64,000 bases of DNA from an uncultured Gemmatimonadales bacterium (GCA_963793305.1 CAWBZV010000002.1:224001-288000), one strand, 5' to 3'. Shown: positions 1 to 10,290, numbered from the stretch's first letter. The notes: generated by a model from the letters alone, not told the origin. Translations and numbers: made by a program.

Positions 1-8
1 ACTAATCT

Positions 9-2831
9 ATGTCCGAAGAATCGCTGGTCATCCGTGGCGCGCGCGAGCACAATCTCCGCAACATCAATGTGACGATTCCGCGCGACCGGCTGACCGTGAT
101 CACGGGGCTGTCGGGATCCGGAAAATCGTCCCTGGCGTTTGACACGATCTATGCCGAAGGCCAACGTCGGTATGTCGAATCCCTCTCGGCCTACGCCCGA
201 CAGTTCCTCGGGCTCATGGAAAAGCCGAATGTCGACTCGATCGAGGGCCTGTCGCCAGCGATCTCGATCGAGCAGAAGACCGCCGGGCATAACCCCCGTT
301 CAACAGTAGGGACCGTCACGGAGATCTACGACTATCTCCGTCTCCTGTACGCCCGTGTCGGCACCCCACATTGCGCGAGCTGCGGGCGGCCCGTCGAGCG
401 GCAGAGCGCCGGTCAGATCGCCGAGATCGTTCTCGCCTGGCCGGCCCGCACGCGCATCGAGGTCCTCGCGCCTCTGGTCCGTGGACGGAAGGGCGAATTC
501 CGCGAATTGTTCGACTCGGCTCGTAAGCAAGGGTTCGTTCGCGCCTACGTCGACGGCGACCTGATCGAGCTGGCCAATCCACCCAAGCTCAACCGCCGCC
601 AGAATCATAGTGTGTCGGTGATCGTCGACCGCTTGGTGGTCGAAAACAAGGATCGCGGTCGTCTCGTCGACTCGCTCGAAACCGCCCTTCGTCTGGCCGA
701 TGGCCTTGTGGAAGTCTCTCGCGCGGACACCGCCGAAACTCAAATCTTCTCGGAGAAGTACGGCTGTCCGACCTGCGGCATTGCGCTCGCGGAGCTAGAG
801 CCTCGCCAGTTCTCATTCAACTCGCCATTCGGGGCCTGCCCGGCGTGCAGTGGGCTCGGTACCAGACGTGAGGTCAGCGAGGAGCTCATTCTCGGTGACT
901 CGAGCATCTCGCTATTGGAGGGCGTGATTCTGCCATGGGGCGAGCCCGATGGGTATCTGCGCAAAGTCATCCTGCCGGGGCTCGCCAAGCGCTTCAAGTT
1001 CGACCTGAACACCCCGTGGGGAAAGCTGCCGCCCTCGGTGCAGCACGTGTTGCTGCACGGGGCGCCGAGTGGTGACGCGACGAAGTGGGAAGGCATCATC
1101 GCGAATATCCAACGTCGCCATGATGAGACCGAATCGGACACGATCCGGATGGAGCTGGCGCAGTACATGGTTGGCGTTCCGTGTTCGGCGTGCGCTGGTC
1201 GCCGACTCAAGCCAGAGTCGCTCGCCGTGACCATCGCCGATCGCAATATTGGCGAAGTCACGGAGTTTTCAGTCGCCGATGCCGATCGGTTCTTCGACAC
1301 GCTGACGCTCAGGCAATCGGAGATCGCGGGGCCGATTCTCAAGGAGATTCGCGAGCGCCTGCGGTTCTTGGTTGATGTCGGCCTGGATTATCTCACGTTG
1401 AATCGCTCCGCCGAATCCCTGTCCGGTGGCGAGGCACAGCGCATTCGCCTCGCGACGCAGATCGGTTCGCGGCTGGTGGGTGTGCTCTATATCCTCGACG
1501 AGCCGTCGATCGGCCTGCACCAACGCGACAACGCCCGTCTGCTCGCGACGCTGGCGCGACTCCGCGATCTCGGCAACTCGGTGATCGTCGTCGAGCACGA
1601 CGAAGAGACGATGCGCGCCGCGGACTATCTGCTGGACCTGGGCCCAGGCGCCGGGAAGCACGGCGGACTCGTGGTCGCCGAGGGCTCGATCGCGGATATC
1701 ATGAACAACCCGGATTCACTCACGGGAAAGTATCTGTCCGGCATAGTATCGATTCCCGTGCCGACCGTTCGGCGCCAGTTCGATACAGCGCGCGTGCTCC
1801 GGATCGCCGGCGCCCGCGAGCACAACCTTCGCGACATCACGGTCGACATCCCCCTCGGCTGCTTCGTCGCCGTCACGGGCGTCTCGGGTTCGGGCAAGTC
1901 GACACTGGTCGAGGATATTCTGCATCGCTCGCTGGCCCGGCATTTCTATCGCGCCCGCGTGATCCCCGGCGCATATGATCGTATCACGGGGCTCGAGCAT
2001 CTCGACAAAGTGATCGACATCGATCAGAGCCCAATCGGCCGAACGCCGCGCTCGAACCCAGCGACCTACACCGGACTGTTCACACCAATCCGCGAGCTCT
2101 TCGCCGAGATGCCGGAGGCGAAGATTCGTGGCTACGGCCCGGGTCGATTTTCATTCAATGTGAAGGGTGGCCGTTGCGAAGCGTGTCAGGGCGACGGTCT
2201 CGTGAAGATCGAAATGCATTTCTTGCCGGATGTGTTCGTCCCGTGCGAAGTGTGCAAGGGCAAGCGCTTCAATCGCGAGACGATGGAGGTACGATTCCGC
2301 GGCGCGAGCATCGCCGATGTGCTCGACATGACGGTCGAAGACGCCTGCGAGTTCTTCGCGAATCAACCGCGCATCGCGCAAAAGTTGGAAACCCTGCGCG
2401 ACGTCGGTCTCGGCTACCTGCACTTGGGCCAGAGCGCGACGACGCTTTCCGGTGGCGAAGCCCAGCGCGTCAAACTCGCCACCGAGCTCTCCAAGCGCGA
2501 CACGGGTCGCACGTTCTATATCCTCGATGAGCCAACGACGGGATTGCATTTCGAGGACGTGCGACTGTTGCTCGATGTCCTGCATCGCCTGGTCGATCGG
2601 GGCAACACGGTCCTCGTGATCGAGCACAATCTGGACGTCATCAAGACGGCCGACTGGATCATTGACCTCGGGCCCGAAGGGGGATCGCGCGGTGGCGCGG
2701 TCATCGCGACGGGCACACCCGAGGAGGTCGCGGCGACGGCCGCGTCCTACACGGGCCAGTACTTGCGGCCGTTGTTGGACCGCATACCGGTCGGCGCCGT
2801 CAACGGAGCATGGCAACGCCGAGCAGGATAG
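9..2831 (+). CDS. uvrA: Excinuclease ABC subunit A
   Basis: 940 aa; two ABC cassettes ([26 protein letters not shown] twice), zinc fingers and the typical GAREHNL N-terminus. Confidence 0.98.
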   Translation: MSEESLVIRGAREHNLRNINVTIPRDRLTVITGLSGSGKSSLAFDTIYAEGQRRYVESLSAYARQFLGLMEKPNVDSIEGLSPAISIEQKTAGHNPRSTVGTVTEIYDYLRLLYARVGTPHCASCGRPVERQSAGQIAEIVLAWPARTRIEVLAPLVRGRKGEFRELFDSARKQGFVRAYVDGDLIELANPPKLNRRQNHSVSVIVDRLVVENKDRGRLVDSLETALRLADGLVEVSRADTAETQIFSEKYGCPTCGIALAELEPRQFSFNSPFGACPACSGLGTRREVSEELILGDSSISLLEGVILPWGEPDGYLRKVILPGLAKRFKFDLNTPWGKLPPSVQHVLLHGAPSGDATKWEGIIANIQRRHDETESDTIRMELAQYMVGVPCSACAGRRLKPESLAVTIADRNIGEVTEFSVADADRFFDTLTLRQSEIAGPILKEIRERLRFLVDVGLDYLTLNRSAESLSGGEAQRIRLATQIGSRLVGVLYILDEPSIGLHQRDNARLLATLARLRDLGNSVIVVEHDEETMRAADYLLDLGPGAGKHGGLVVAEGSIADIMNNPDSLTGKYLSGIVSIPVPTVRRQFDTARVLRIAGAREHNLRDITVDIPLGCFVAVTGVSGSGKSTLVEDILHRSLARHFYRARVIPGAYDRITGLEHLDKVIDIDQSPIGRTPRSNPATYTGLFTPIRELFAEMPEAKIRGYGPGRFSFNVKGGRCEACQGDGLVKIEMHFLPDVFVPCEVCKGKRFNRETMEVRFRGASIADVLDMTVEDACEFFANQPRIAQKLETLRDVGLGYLHLGQSATTLSGGEAQRVKLATELSKRDTGRTFYILDEPTTGLHFEDVRLLLDVLHRLVDRGNTVLVIEHNLDVIKTADWIIDLGPEGGSRGGAVIATGTPEEVAATAASYTGQYLRPLLDRIPVGAVNGAWQRRAG

Positions 2832-3663
2832 CGCCGACGCCGGCCCACTGGCGCCGCGTCAGCCGCTCGTCGAGCACGACGCGCGCGAGCACCACGGTGA
2901 CGCCGCTGGCCAGCGATGAGAGCACCGTGACGATGGCGATGTGACCCGTGCGGAGTCCGGTCGAGTACGCGATGTAGCCGAGCACACCACAGGTGCCATG
3001 GACGAGCAACAGCGCGCGCAGCGTCGGAGCCGGGAGTGCCAGGCTGTGGCCGCGTGATAGCGCGATGGCGCCGGCGGCGAGCGCGCCGGCTCCGTAATAG
3101 ATCCAAACGGGGAGCGCCCACCCGAGCTTCGGCACGGCGAACGCGCCGATGAGCCAGAAGCCGACGCCGAACGCCACGGCGGAGTAGATCGCGGGCCCAA
3201 GTCCCGGCATTGCCGATGCCGGCGCCGCGCCGTTCACGCGTTCGGGCGTGGACGTGCAGGCGACGCCGAGGATGGTGACCATGAGTCCGCCGATGGCGAC
3301 GGCACCGAGGACTTCGCCGGTGGCAACCGACAGGATCATCGTGACCGCGCCGTAGCTCGCCGAGATCGGAGCGACGATCGAGACGACGCCGACGGTGATC
3401 GCGCGATAGAGACAGAGCGTGCCACTCAGCACGATGGCCGATCCAAGGAGCGCCGCGGCCCACGCCGACCACGGAGCAGTCACCGCAAATCCGCCCGGAC
3501 TGGCAATGAGCCACACACTGATGAGAACGAAGGCGGTCGTCTGCGTGAAGAAGACCGTTCGCAGGACCCCGACCCCGCGCCCGGTGAACCGGGCCAGGAG
3601 GTCAGCCGCACCCCATGCGCACGCGGCGAGCAGCCCGAGTATTACACCAGTATATGACCCCAT
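2800..3663 (-). CDS. EamA/DMT-family transporter
   Basis: About 10 hydrophobic helices in two EamA repeats ([20 protein letters not shown]). Start placed at ATG 3663, 6 nt after a TATATT box, rather than at 3678. Confidence 0.85.
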   Translation of the reverse strand: MGSYTGVILGLLAACAWGAADLLARFTGRGVGVLRTVFFTQTTAFVLISVWLIASPGGFAVTAPWSAWAAALLGSAIVLSGTLCLYRAITVGVVSIVAPISASYGAVTMILSVATGEVLGAVAIGGLMVTILGVACTSTPERVNGAAPASAMPGLGPAIYSAVAFGVGFWLIGAFAVPKLGWALPVWIYYGAGALAAGAIALSRGHSLALPAPTLRALLLVHGTCGVLGYIAYSTGLRTGHIAIVTVLSSLASGVTVVLARVVLDERLTRRQWAGVGAILLGVAMLR

Positions 3664-3701
3664 ACCGGTAATATACATAATACTGGTGTTATATTGATAG
3701 G
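3644..3701. promoter_or_regulatory. Divergent promoter region with three ACC(A/G)GT-type boxes and two back-to-back TATATT -10 elements
   Basis: AT-rich island. ACACCAGTAT (3644-3653) and ATACTGGTGT (3680-3689) form an inverted repeat co-centred with TACCGGTA (3663-3670). TATATT lies 6 nt before each start codon. Confidence 0.75.
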
Positions 3702-4268
3702 GTGTTCGAGTACATCAGCGGCGACATGGCCGCCGACCTCGTCAACGCCGGCGAGCGCCTCAGTGATTATGGCCAGCTCCTCGAATGGGCCCAAGGGGCT
3801 GGGGCTACTTCAGCCGCAGCTGCTGAGCGTTTGAAGATGGTGGCCCGGGCGAAGCCCGCAGAAGCGGCCGCCGCACTCCGAGCCGCGCATCGGCTTCGGG
3901 ACATCATTCACGACGTATATGCCGCGGTGATCGCCGGCCGCTCGCCCGACCTCGCCGCTCTCAACGGCGAGCTCTCGCGGGTGCTCCCGCGACGGCAGTT
4001 GGAGGGCAACCATTGGATATGGCTCGGCGCGGACCGCGATCTCGAATCGCCGTTGTGGCCCGTCGTCCTCGCGGCGGCGACGCTTCTCACGTCTCCGGAT
4101 GCCGCCCGACTCCGGATCTGCGCCCAGCAGGACTGTGGGTGGATGTTTGTCGATCGGAGCCGCAACGGATTCCGGCGATGGTGCTCGATGGCCGACTGCG
4201 GGACCCGCGAGAAGTCGAGGCGTCGCGCGGCAAAACAAAGCGCAAGCGTTGCTCGTAGAGCCCCGTAA
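3702..4268 (+). CDS. ABATE / CGNR zinc-finger domain protein (putative transcription regulator)
   Basis: C-terminal motif RICAQQDCGWMFVDRSRNGFRRWCSMADCGTREK; ABATE-like N-terminus. Confidence 0.9.
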   Translation: MFEYISGDMAADLVNAGERLSDYGQLLEWAQGAGATSAAAAERLKMVARAKPAEAAAALRAAHRLRDIIHDVYAAVIAGRSPDLAALNGELSRVLPRRQLEGNHWIWLGADRDLESPLWPVVLAAATLLTSPDAARLRICAQQDCGWMFVDRSRNGFRRWCSMADCGTREKSRRRAAKQSASVARRAP

Positions 4269-4283
4269 CGTCTATTATCGTCT

Positions 4284-4688
4284 ATGGTCACCCGCGAAGA
4301 CATTGAGAGCTTTCTCGACCGCCTGAGCGCCGAAGGGGCGAGCTACAGCGAGGTCGAACCGGGGCTCTGGATCGTTAAACCCAATGGCGCCCTCGATTTG
4401 GACGTCGTGGTCCACTACTCGCCGCCGGTAGTCGTCTTACGTGTGAAGGTGATGAACCTCCCGCGCGACGAGTCGGCGTCGGGACACCTGGCCAGGCGCT
4501 TACTACAGTTGAATGCAACCGATCTCGTCCACGGCTCGTACGGTATAGAACGGGAAAATGTCGTGCTCACCGAGGCGCTGGAGCTCGGCTCTTTGGACTT
4601 CGACGAGTTTCTCGCGGCGTACGAGGGTATGACGCTGGCGCTCGGTGCTCATTTGAAAGAGCTCGGCGCCTACCGCGACGGGCGCTGA
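4284..4688 (+). CDS. YbjN/CesT-like chaperone-fold protein
   Basis: 134 aa acidic protein with an RRLLQLNATDLVHGSYGI motif, directly upstream of pspA. Confidence 0.7.
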   Translation: MVTREDIESFLDRLSAEGASYSEVEPGLWIVKPNGALDLDVVVHYSPPVVVLRVKVMNLPRDESASGHLARRLLQLNATDLVHGSYGIERENVVLTEALELGSLDFDEFLAAYEGMTLALGAHLKELGAYRDGR

Positions 4689-4703
4689 CCTCAGGACGCA
4701 TCC

Positions 4704-5495
4704 ATGGGCCTTTTTGATCGCTTATCAACGCTGCTCAAATCGAACATCAATGATCTCATCTCCTCGGCGGAAAACCCCGAGAAGATGCTCAACCAGATCA
4801 TTGTCGACATGCGGTCGCAACTCGTCAAAGCGAAGCAGCAAGTCGCGACCGCGATCGCCGACGAGAAGCGCCTGCATGACCAGGCCGACACCGAATTCCG
4901 GCAGGCCGAGGATTGGGAGAAACGGGCCGTGCTCGCCGTGCGCGAGTCGCGCGATGACCTGGCCAAGCAGGCTTTGGTTCGCCAGTCCGAGCATCTGCAG
5001 CACGGGCAGGTCCTCCAGCAGACGTGGGAGTCCCACCGGCTGGAGACCGAGAAGCTCAAGAACTCGCTGCGCGATCTGAACGACAAGATCGAAGAGGCGA
5101 AGCGCAAAAAGAATTTGCTCATCGCGCGTCAGCGCCGGGCCCAGGCTCAAAAGCGCATTGCCGAGACGATGTCCGCGCTGTCCGAGAAGTCGGCCTTCGA
5201 GGCGTTCGCCCGGATGGAAGAGCGCATTGAGCAGAGCGAGCGCCAGATCAAGGCGTCGACCGAAATCGACGAGGAGTTCACTGGCGATCGCCTGGCGAAG
5301 GACTTCAAGCAGCTCGAGGTCTCGGCCACGGCATCCAACGCCGACTCTCAGCTCCTGGCGCTCAAGCAGAAAATGGGAATGCTCGGTTCCGGTGCCGCGC
5401 CCGACAACCGGCAGCTCGGCGCCGGTGAGGTCGCGCACGAAGAGATCGTGCATGATGCCGAGGTCGAGACACCGGACCCTAAGAAACCGGCTTGA
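4704..5495 (+). CDS. pspA: PspA/IM30 family protein
   Basis: MGLFDRLSTLLKSNINDLISSAENPEKMLNQ N-terminus, long coiled coil, AFARMEERI. Confidence 0.93.
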   Translation: MGLFDRLSTLLKSNINDLISSAENPEKMLNQIIVDMRSQLVKAKQQVATAIADEKRLHDQADTEFRQAEDWEKRAVLAVRESRDDLAKQALVRQSEHLQHGQVLQQTWESHRLETEKLKNSLRDLNDKIEEAKRKKNLLIARQRRAQAQKRIAETMSALSEKSAFEAFARMEERIEQSERQIKASTEIDEEFTGDRLAKDFKQLEVSATASNADSQLLALKQKMGMLGSGAAPDNRQLGAGEVAHEEIVHDAEVETPDPKKPA

Positions 5496-5595
5496 ATACA
5501 GCGACCGCTGCGCGGTCGACTGCTCAAGCCGCGCCCCGACTGCTTCACGCTCCGTACCCCGGTTCAGACGCCGATGACAATGGCAGGGAGCCGGT

Positions 5596-6823
5596 GTGAC
5601 CACTGACGGACGCCATACCGTGAGCGCGGCAGCCACGCAGAAGCCAGTCCGGATCGCGCCGATCCTGACGGCCGTGGTCCTCACGGGCCTGCTGCTCTGG
5701 ATGTTCCTCAAAACATCCGATGTCTTCCTGCTGCTCTTCCTCGCGACGCTGTTAGCGCTCTACCTCGGCGCCGTCGCCGATTTCATCGCGCGCCGCACGC
5801 AGCTCCCCCGCCCGATGGCATTCGGGCTCGGCGTAGTGCTCACGCTGTCGGTTGGCGCAGGCATCGTCGGCCTGCTCGTACCGCCAGTCGTGCAGCAGTC
5901 GCAAGAGCTCTTCGGTCTCGTTCCATCGACCGTGAGCGCCTTGCAACGCGAGATCGCGACCCTCTCCGCGAAATTCCCAGGGCTGGCCAAGCAAATCGGC
6001 CCCATTCAGGACCAGGTCCTGAATAACCTACCGGGCCAGATCTCGGCCGTCGTCGGCGACGTCGTCCCTCGCGTCTTCTCGGTGCTGGAAGCGATCACTA
6101 TCCTGTTCACCGTTCTCATCATGGGGATCTACCTGGCACTCGAGCCAGCGGTCTACCGCGAGTGGGTGATCGCGCTCTTCCCTCCGCTCCATCGCGACCT
6201 GGTCCGCGACATCCTGACCGACATGGGCTCCAAGCTGCGCGACTATATCGTCGCGCAGCTCCTGACCATGGTGATCCTCGGCGCCCTGACCGCCTTGGGC
6301 CTCTGGGCGATCCACGTCCCGTTCTGGCTGACGTTCGGTGTCCTGAGCGCGGTTGCCGCAATCATCCCGGTGTACGGTGTGCTCCTGTCGACGGCCGTTC
6401 CCGCGCTGTTCGTGATCAGCCAGCCGAACGGACTCGTTCGCGCGGCGCTCGTGCTCGGCCTCGGCGTCTTGATCCACGTCATCGAGGGCAACTTCGTCGC
6501 GCCGAACATCATGTCGAAGCGCGTCGATCTGCCGCCGGTCCTGACGATGTTGGCCGTGCTGATCTTCGGCGAGCTCCTCGGTCCGGTCGGTTTGCTCGTG
6601 TCCGTCCCATTGCTCGTCGTGATCATGGTGCTCGTCCACCGCTTGCTCGTCGCGCGGCTCTACGAGGGGCGCGGCTTCCGTCGCGCGCGCCGCGATGGTC
6701 CGATCACCGTGCGCGTACCGGCGGCCGAGGGTGGTGGCAGCGGTATTGCCGTCTCGGCGTATGATGGCATGCCGCTCGAACGTCATCGCGTTATCCGAGC
6801 GAGCGCGAGCCGGTCCCAGCTAG
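5596..6823 (+). CDS. AI-2E (PerM/TqsA) family transporter; probable 1-nt insertion near 6779
   Basis: Multi-TM protein with IPVYG, IEGNFVAPNIM and GPVGLLVSVPL motifs; SD GGGAG at 5586. The track ORF runs to 7011, but removing one base near 6779 gives ...PLDVIALSERARAGPS* ending at TAG 6821-6823, just before a terminator-like hairpin. Confidence 0.8.
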
Positions 6824-6848
6824 CGATCGATAGCGATGGCGCGCGTCG

Positions 6849-6887
6849 TGGCGTGATGACGGGCTTCGTCCCGCATCACGCCATTTT
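6849..6887 (+). terminator. Intrinsic-terminator-like hairpin
   Basis: TGGCGTGATG(A)CGGG - CTTCGT - CCCG CATCACGCCA followed by TTTT. Confidence 0.7.
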
Positions 6888-6916
6888 CGTCTCCGACCAT
6901 TTCACAAGGAGACGTC

Positions 6917-7108
6917 ATGAACAAACTCGCCCTCGCCCTCTGCTTGGCCACGAGTCTCGTCGTAGCGCCGGCCGCGCCGGCTCAATCGTGTCTCGTTTCA
7001 TCGTTCAGTAGTTGTGGCGGGACATTCTCCGGCGCAGACTGGTTCTGGGTCGCGCTGCAGGACTACTGTGGGTGGACCCGGTTCATCCTGTGCGATTTCG
7101 GTTTCTAG
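6917..7108 (+). CDS. Small secreted cysteine- and aromatic-rich peptide (Cx7C-x17-Cx7C)
   Basis: SD AAGGAG at 6906-6911; Sec signal peptide MNKLALALCLATSLVVAPAAPA; 41-aa mature region with 4 Cys. Confidence 0.75.
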   Translation: MNKLALALCLATSLVVAPAAPAQSCLVSSFSSCGGTFSGADWFWVALQDYCGWTRFILCDFGF

Positions 7109-7443
7109 CCGAGCGCGGCATCGCGGCGGCGCTGCTCGCGGCCGGCATTCTGTTGCCGGTAGCAGCGCTCGCCCGCCGGCGCACCGGTCCGCCGACCGCG
7201 CTCCTGTTCGTGAGCCGCGGGTGCGCTCGCTGTCTGGCCGCGGCCGCGCAGTTCGACTCGATGACGACGCGGCGCGGCGTCCGTGCGGTTCTCGTCGTCG
7301 ACTCCGGGAGTTGGGCCACGGTCGCGCCGCACGTGCTGCTGACCCGCGACTCGGGGCACGCTCTCGCGCGCGCACTGTCCATTCGCGCGGTCCCCGCGTT
7401 GGTCTCGATCACCGCGGTCGTGCGCTACGACTTCGACCGATGA
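7090..7443 (+). CDS. Membrane-anchored or secreted thioredoxin-like (redoxin) protein
   Basis: GTG 7090 overlaps the peptide gene end; N-terminal hydrophobic helix, LLFVSRGCARC (CxxC), D....LARALSIRAVP cis-Pro-like motif; ATGA overlap with the next gene. Confidence 0.65.
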   Translation: MRFRFLAERGIAAALLAAGILLPVAALARRRTGPPTALLFVSRGCARCLAAAAQFDSMTTRRGVRAVLVVDSGSWATVAPHVLLTRDSGHALARALSIRAVPALVSITAVVRYDFDR

Positions 7444-8036
7444 CGCGCATCCTCTCGCTCCGTGCCATCCGGAAATCGTACCGGAGCGGCATACCAGGCT
7501 GCTCGGCCGCCGTGCGCGTGCTGCGCCGCGTCGATCTCGACGTCGTGCCCGGCGAAGTCGTCGGGATCGTCGGCGGGCCGGGCTCGGGGAAGTCGACGTT
7601 GCTGCTCTGTGCCGCGGGCCTGCTCCGTCCCGATGCCGGCACGGTCGAACGTCCGCGGGACGGGACGTACGTCTCGGCGCTTCCGCCGGCCTATCACTGG
7701 ATGGCGGTGCTCGACATGGTCGCCCTCTTGACGCGCTTGCCACGCCCCACGGCGATTCGCGAGTCGCTGGATCGCGTCGGGCTCGGCGGTGATCTCGCTC
7801 GTCCGGTCGGCACACTGTCGAGCGACGCGCTGGCGCGACTCCATGTCGCGTTTCTCCTCGTTACCATGCCGGTGCTCGCCCTCATCGATGGACCGATCTC
7901 GGCGCTCATCGGGTTGCTGCCGCCTGCTGGTGTCACGGTCATGGTCGCGGCGCGGGACGCCCGCGCGGTCGAGTCGCTCGCGACACGCGTGGTTGTGCTC
8001 GCCGACGGCATGGCGCGCGGGGCGGTGCGCAGGTGA
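7440..8036 (+). CDS. ABC transporter ATP-binding protein (degenerate)
   Basis: Walker A GGPGSGKST intact; signature LSSDA, Walker B ALIDG and the H-switch are all degenerate. Confidence 0.8.
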   Translation: MTRILSLRAIRKSYRSGIPGCSAAVRVLRRVDLDVVPGEVVGIVGGPGSGKSTLLLCAAGLLRPDAGTVERPRDGTYVSALPPAYHWMAVLDMVALLTRLPRPTAIRESLDRVGLGGDLARPVGTLSSDALARLHVAFLLVTMPVLALIDGPISALIGLLPPAGVTVMVAARDARAVESLATRVVVLADGMARGAVRR

Positions 8037-8617
8037 TATGGCTGGCGCTCGTTGCGCATGCAGGATCTGGCTTCGCCCTGCTCGTCACGCTTTCGGCACG
8101 GCTGCAGCCAGCGTTGCTTGCCACCGCTCACCCTGGCCATTCGCTGGCGCTCGAGCCGGGACTTCGCATGCTACTCATCGCCTATGCGTCGACGCCTCGG
8201 TTGACGGCCATCCCCATGGCGGCGGTTGCCTGGCTGCGCGCTGGCCGAATGGGTCGTGAGCGCACCGAGTTTCGCCGATGGTTTGGCGCCGGGTTCGTGG
8301 TCCTCGCCGCCGAGTCGGTGCTCCGGGCATTGGCGGCGCTGGGCGTCCACGACGCGATGACGCCGGCAACATGGGCGGCGAAGCTCCGGCCGCCGTTACC
8401 GATTGTTTCGGCAGCGGTCACGATGATCGTCGCCGGCATGTGTTGGGCACTGGCGTTGAGAGAAGCGACGGCGGCTCGGCGCGGGTCTGCCGACGGACCG
8501 GACGTGTGGGACACCCAAGACGCGGCCGCCGCGATGTGGTGGACGGGCGCGATCGCCATTGCCGCGTCACACCTCGTCGCGCCGCTCGCTGTCGCGTTCG
8601 TTCTGCGCCTCGGTTAG
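8033..8617 (+). CDS. Integral membrane protein (possibly Yip1-like or ABC permease partner)
   Basis: About 5 hydrophobic segments; GTGA overlap with the ABC ATPase gene. Confidence 0.6.
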   Translation: MIWLALVAHAGSGFALLVTLSARLQPALLATAHPGHSLALEPGLRMLLIAYASTPRLTAIPMAAVAWLRAGRMGRERTEFRRWFGAGFVVLAAESVLRALAALGVHDAMTPATWAAKLRPPLPIVSAAVTMIVAGMCWALALREATAARRGSADGPDVWDTQDAAAAMWWTGAIAIAASHLVAPLAVAFVLRLG

Positions 8618-8631
8618 CTTGTGACGCTCCG

Positions 8632-10087
8632 ATGCCGTCTGCGCCACCCTTCCTTCTGTACGACACGATGTTGCGCAGGGTCGAGCCGTTCGCTCCGGCG
8701 GACGGGAAGACCGTGCGCCTCTATACGTGCGGCCCCACGGTCTACAACTTCGCGCACATCGGAAATTTTCGGACGTTCTTGTTCGAGGATCTCCTGCGTC
8801 GGGCGTTCGAACTGCGCGGTTGGGATGTCGATCAGGCGATGAACCTGACGGATGTCGAGGACAAGATCATCGCCAAGGCCGTGAAGGAGCGAGTCACGAT
8901 CGGCGACGTCACGGCGCCGATGATCGTGCAGTTCTTCAGGGACCTGGACTACCTCAAGATTCAGCACGCCGAGCACTATCCGCGGGCGACTGAGTACATC
9001 CCGCAGATGATCGCGCTGGTCCAGAAGCTCGAGGAGCGCGGCATTGCGTATCGCGCGGACGATGGCTCGGTGTACTTCGCGATCCAGCGGTTTCCGTCGT
9101 ACGGCCGTCTCTCGCGACTCGACAAGCGCGAGCTCAAGCCCGGCGCTCGGGTGTCCAGTGACGACTACTCCAAGGAAAACGCCGACGATTTCGCCTTATG
9201 GAAGGCGGCCAAGCCCGAGGATGAGCAGACGGGCGCCGCATGGGATTCGCCCTGGGGGCGCGGGCGCCCGGGCTGGCATCTCGAGTGCTCGGCCATGGCG
9301 ATGTCGATTCTGGGGCAGACGCTCGATCTCCATTGCGGAGGGATCGATCTCATCTTCCCGCATCACGAGGACGAGATCGCCCAGTCGGAGGGCGCGACCG
9401 GGGTGACCTTCGCCCGGCATTGGTGCCACGGCGAGTTTTTGCTGATGGAGGGGGCGAAGATGGCGAAACGGGTCGGCAACGTTGTCACCGTTGCCGACTT
9501 GCAAGCCGAAGGGATTCCGGCGGCGGCCGTGCGGCATTCTCATCTACAACACGCATTACCGGCAGGTGCTGAACCTGACGGACGAAGGTCTGGAGGCATC
9601 CAAGGCCGCCGTCATGCATTTGGCTGAGCTCGCTGAGCGTCTGGATTCGCCTATGCCAGGCAGCGGTACCCCGGCCATGGCGACCGCCGTCGCCGAGCTC
9701 GAACAGGGTATTAGAGAGGCGCTGTTCGACGACCTGAACGCTCCGCGTGCACTCGCTACGGTGTTCAACTTCGTTCGGGCGGCCAATGCCGACCTCGACC
9801 GTAAGGGCGGCGATGCTTCGGCTATCTCCCAGGCCCGCAACGGTCTCCAGTTCATCGAGACGACGCTCGGCATCGTCCCGCCCAAGCGCTTAATGGGTAT
9901 CTACCCGCCGCAGCACGACGGCGCTGACGAGGTCACCCAGTGGGTGAACGCCCGGTTGGCGGAGCGAGCGGCCGCCAGAGTCGCCCGGGACTTCGCCAAG
10001 GCCGATGCCATACGGGATGAGCTCGCTACAAAGGGTGTCCAAATCAAAGACTCGGGCGTCGGGACGACGTGGAAGAAAGTCAGTTAG
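8632..10087 (+). CDS. cysS: Cysteine--tRNA ligase, split by an apparent 1-nt insertion near 9537
   Basis: YTCGPTVY, HIGN, GRPGWHLECSAM and KMAKR in one frame; IYNTHYR, DDLNAP and DFAKADAIRDEL continue in the next frame. Confidence 0.93.
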
Positions 10088-10119
10088 CGTAACCCTGTAA
10101 CGATCGATCTCTTAACACG

Positions 10120-10148
10120 TTGACACTCGTTCACCAGTCGAGTATTGT
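10120..10148 (+). promoter_or_regulatory. Sigma70 promoter of the tRNA-tuf operon
   Basis: TTGACA (10120-10125), 17-bp spacer, TATTGT (10143-10148), then a GC-rich discriminator. Confidence 0.85.
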
Positions 10149-10171
10149 ACGGGCTCGCGCAAAATTGCTGT

Positions 10172-10244
10172 GCTGACGTAGCTCAATTGGCAGAGCAGCT
10201 GATTTGTAATCAGCAGGTTGCGAGTTCAAGTCTCGCCGTCAGCT
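10172..10244 (+). tRNA. tRNA-Thr(TGT)
   Basis: Cloverleaf GCTGACG...CGTCAGC-T, anticodon arm CTGAT-TTGTAA-TCAG, GTTCAA T-loop. Confidence 0.95.
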
Positions 10245-10290
10245 CTCTGGAACACGTCAGTGCGGCTCTTTGCGTGGGTAAGTAGCTCAC

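Noticed and set aside
4284..5495. YbjN/CesT-like + PspA pair as a new system
   Set aside because: To my knowledge this type of PspA neighbourhood is already described in comparative studies of Psp systems.
6837..6865. Sigma54 promoter upstream of the peptide gene
   Set aside because: TGGC motifs are present but lack a correctly spaced TTGC (-12) element.
6780..7011. Extended AI-2E C-terminus given in the ORF track
   Set aside because: It runs through a terminator hairpin and a better-supported peptide gene; a 1-nt insertion explains it more simply.
9531..9545. Programmed frameshift or true pseudogene in cysS (and rplW)
   Set aside because: No slippery heptamer or stimulator is visible, both halves are intact, and similar +1 breaks occur in unrelated genes.
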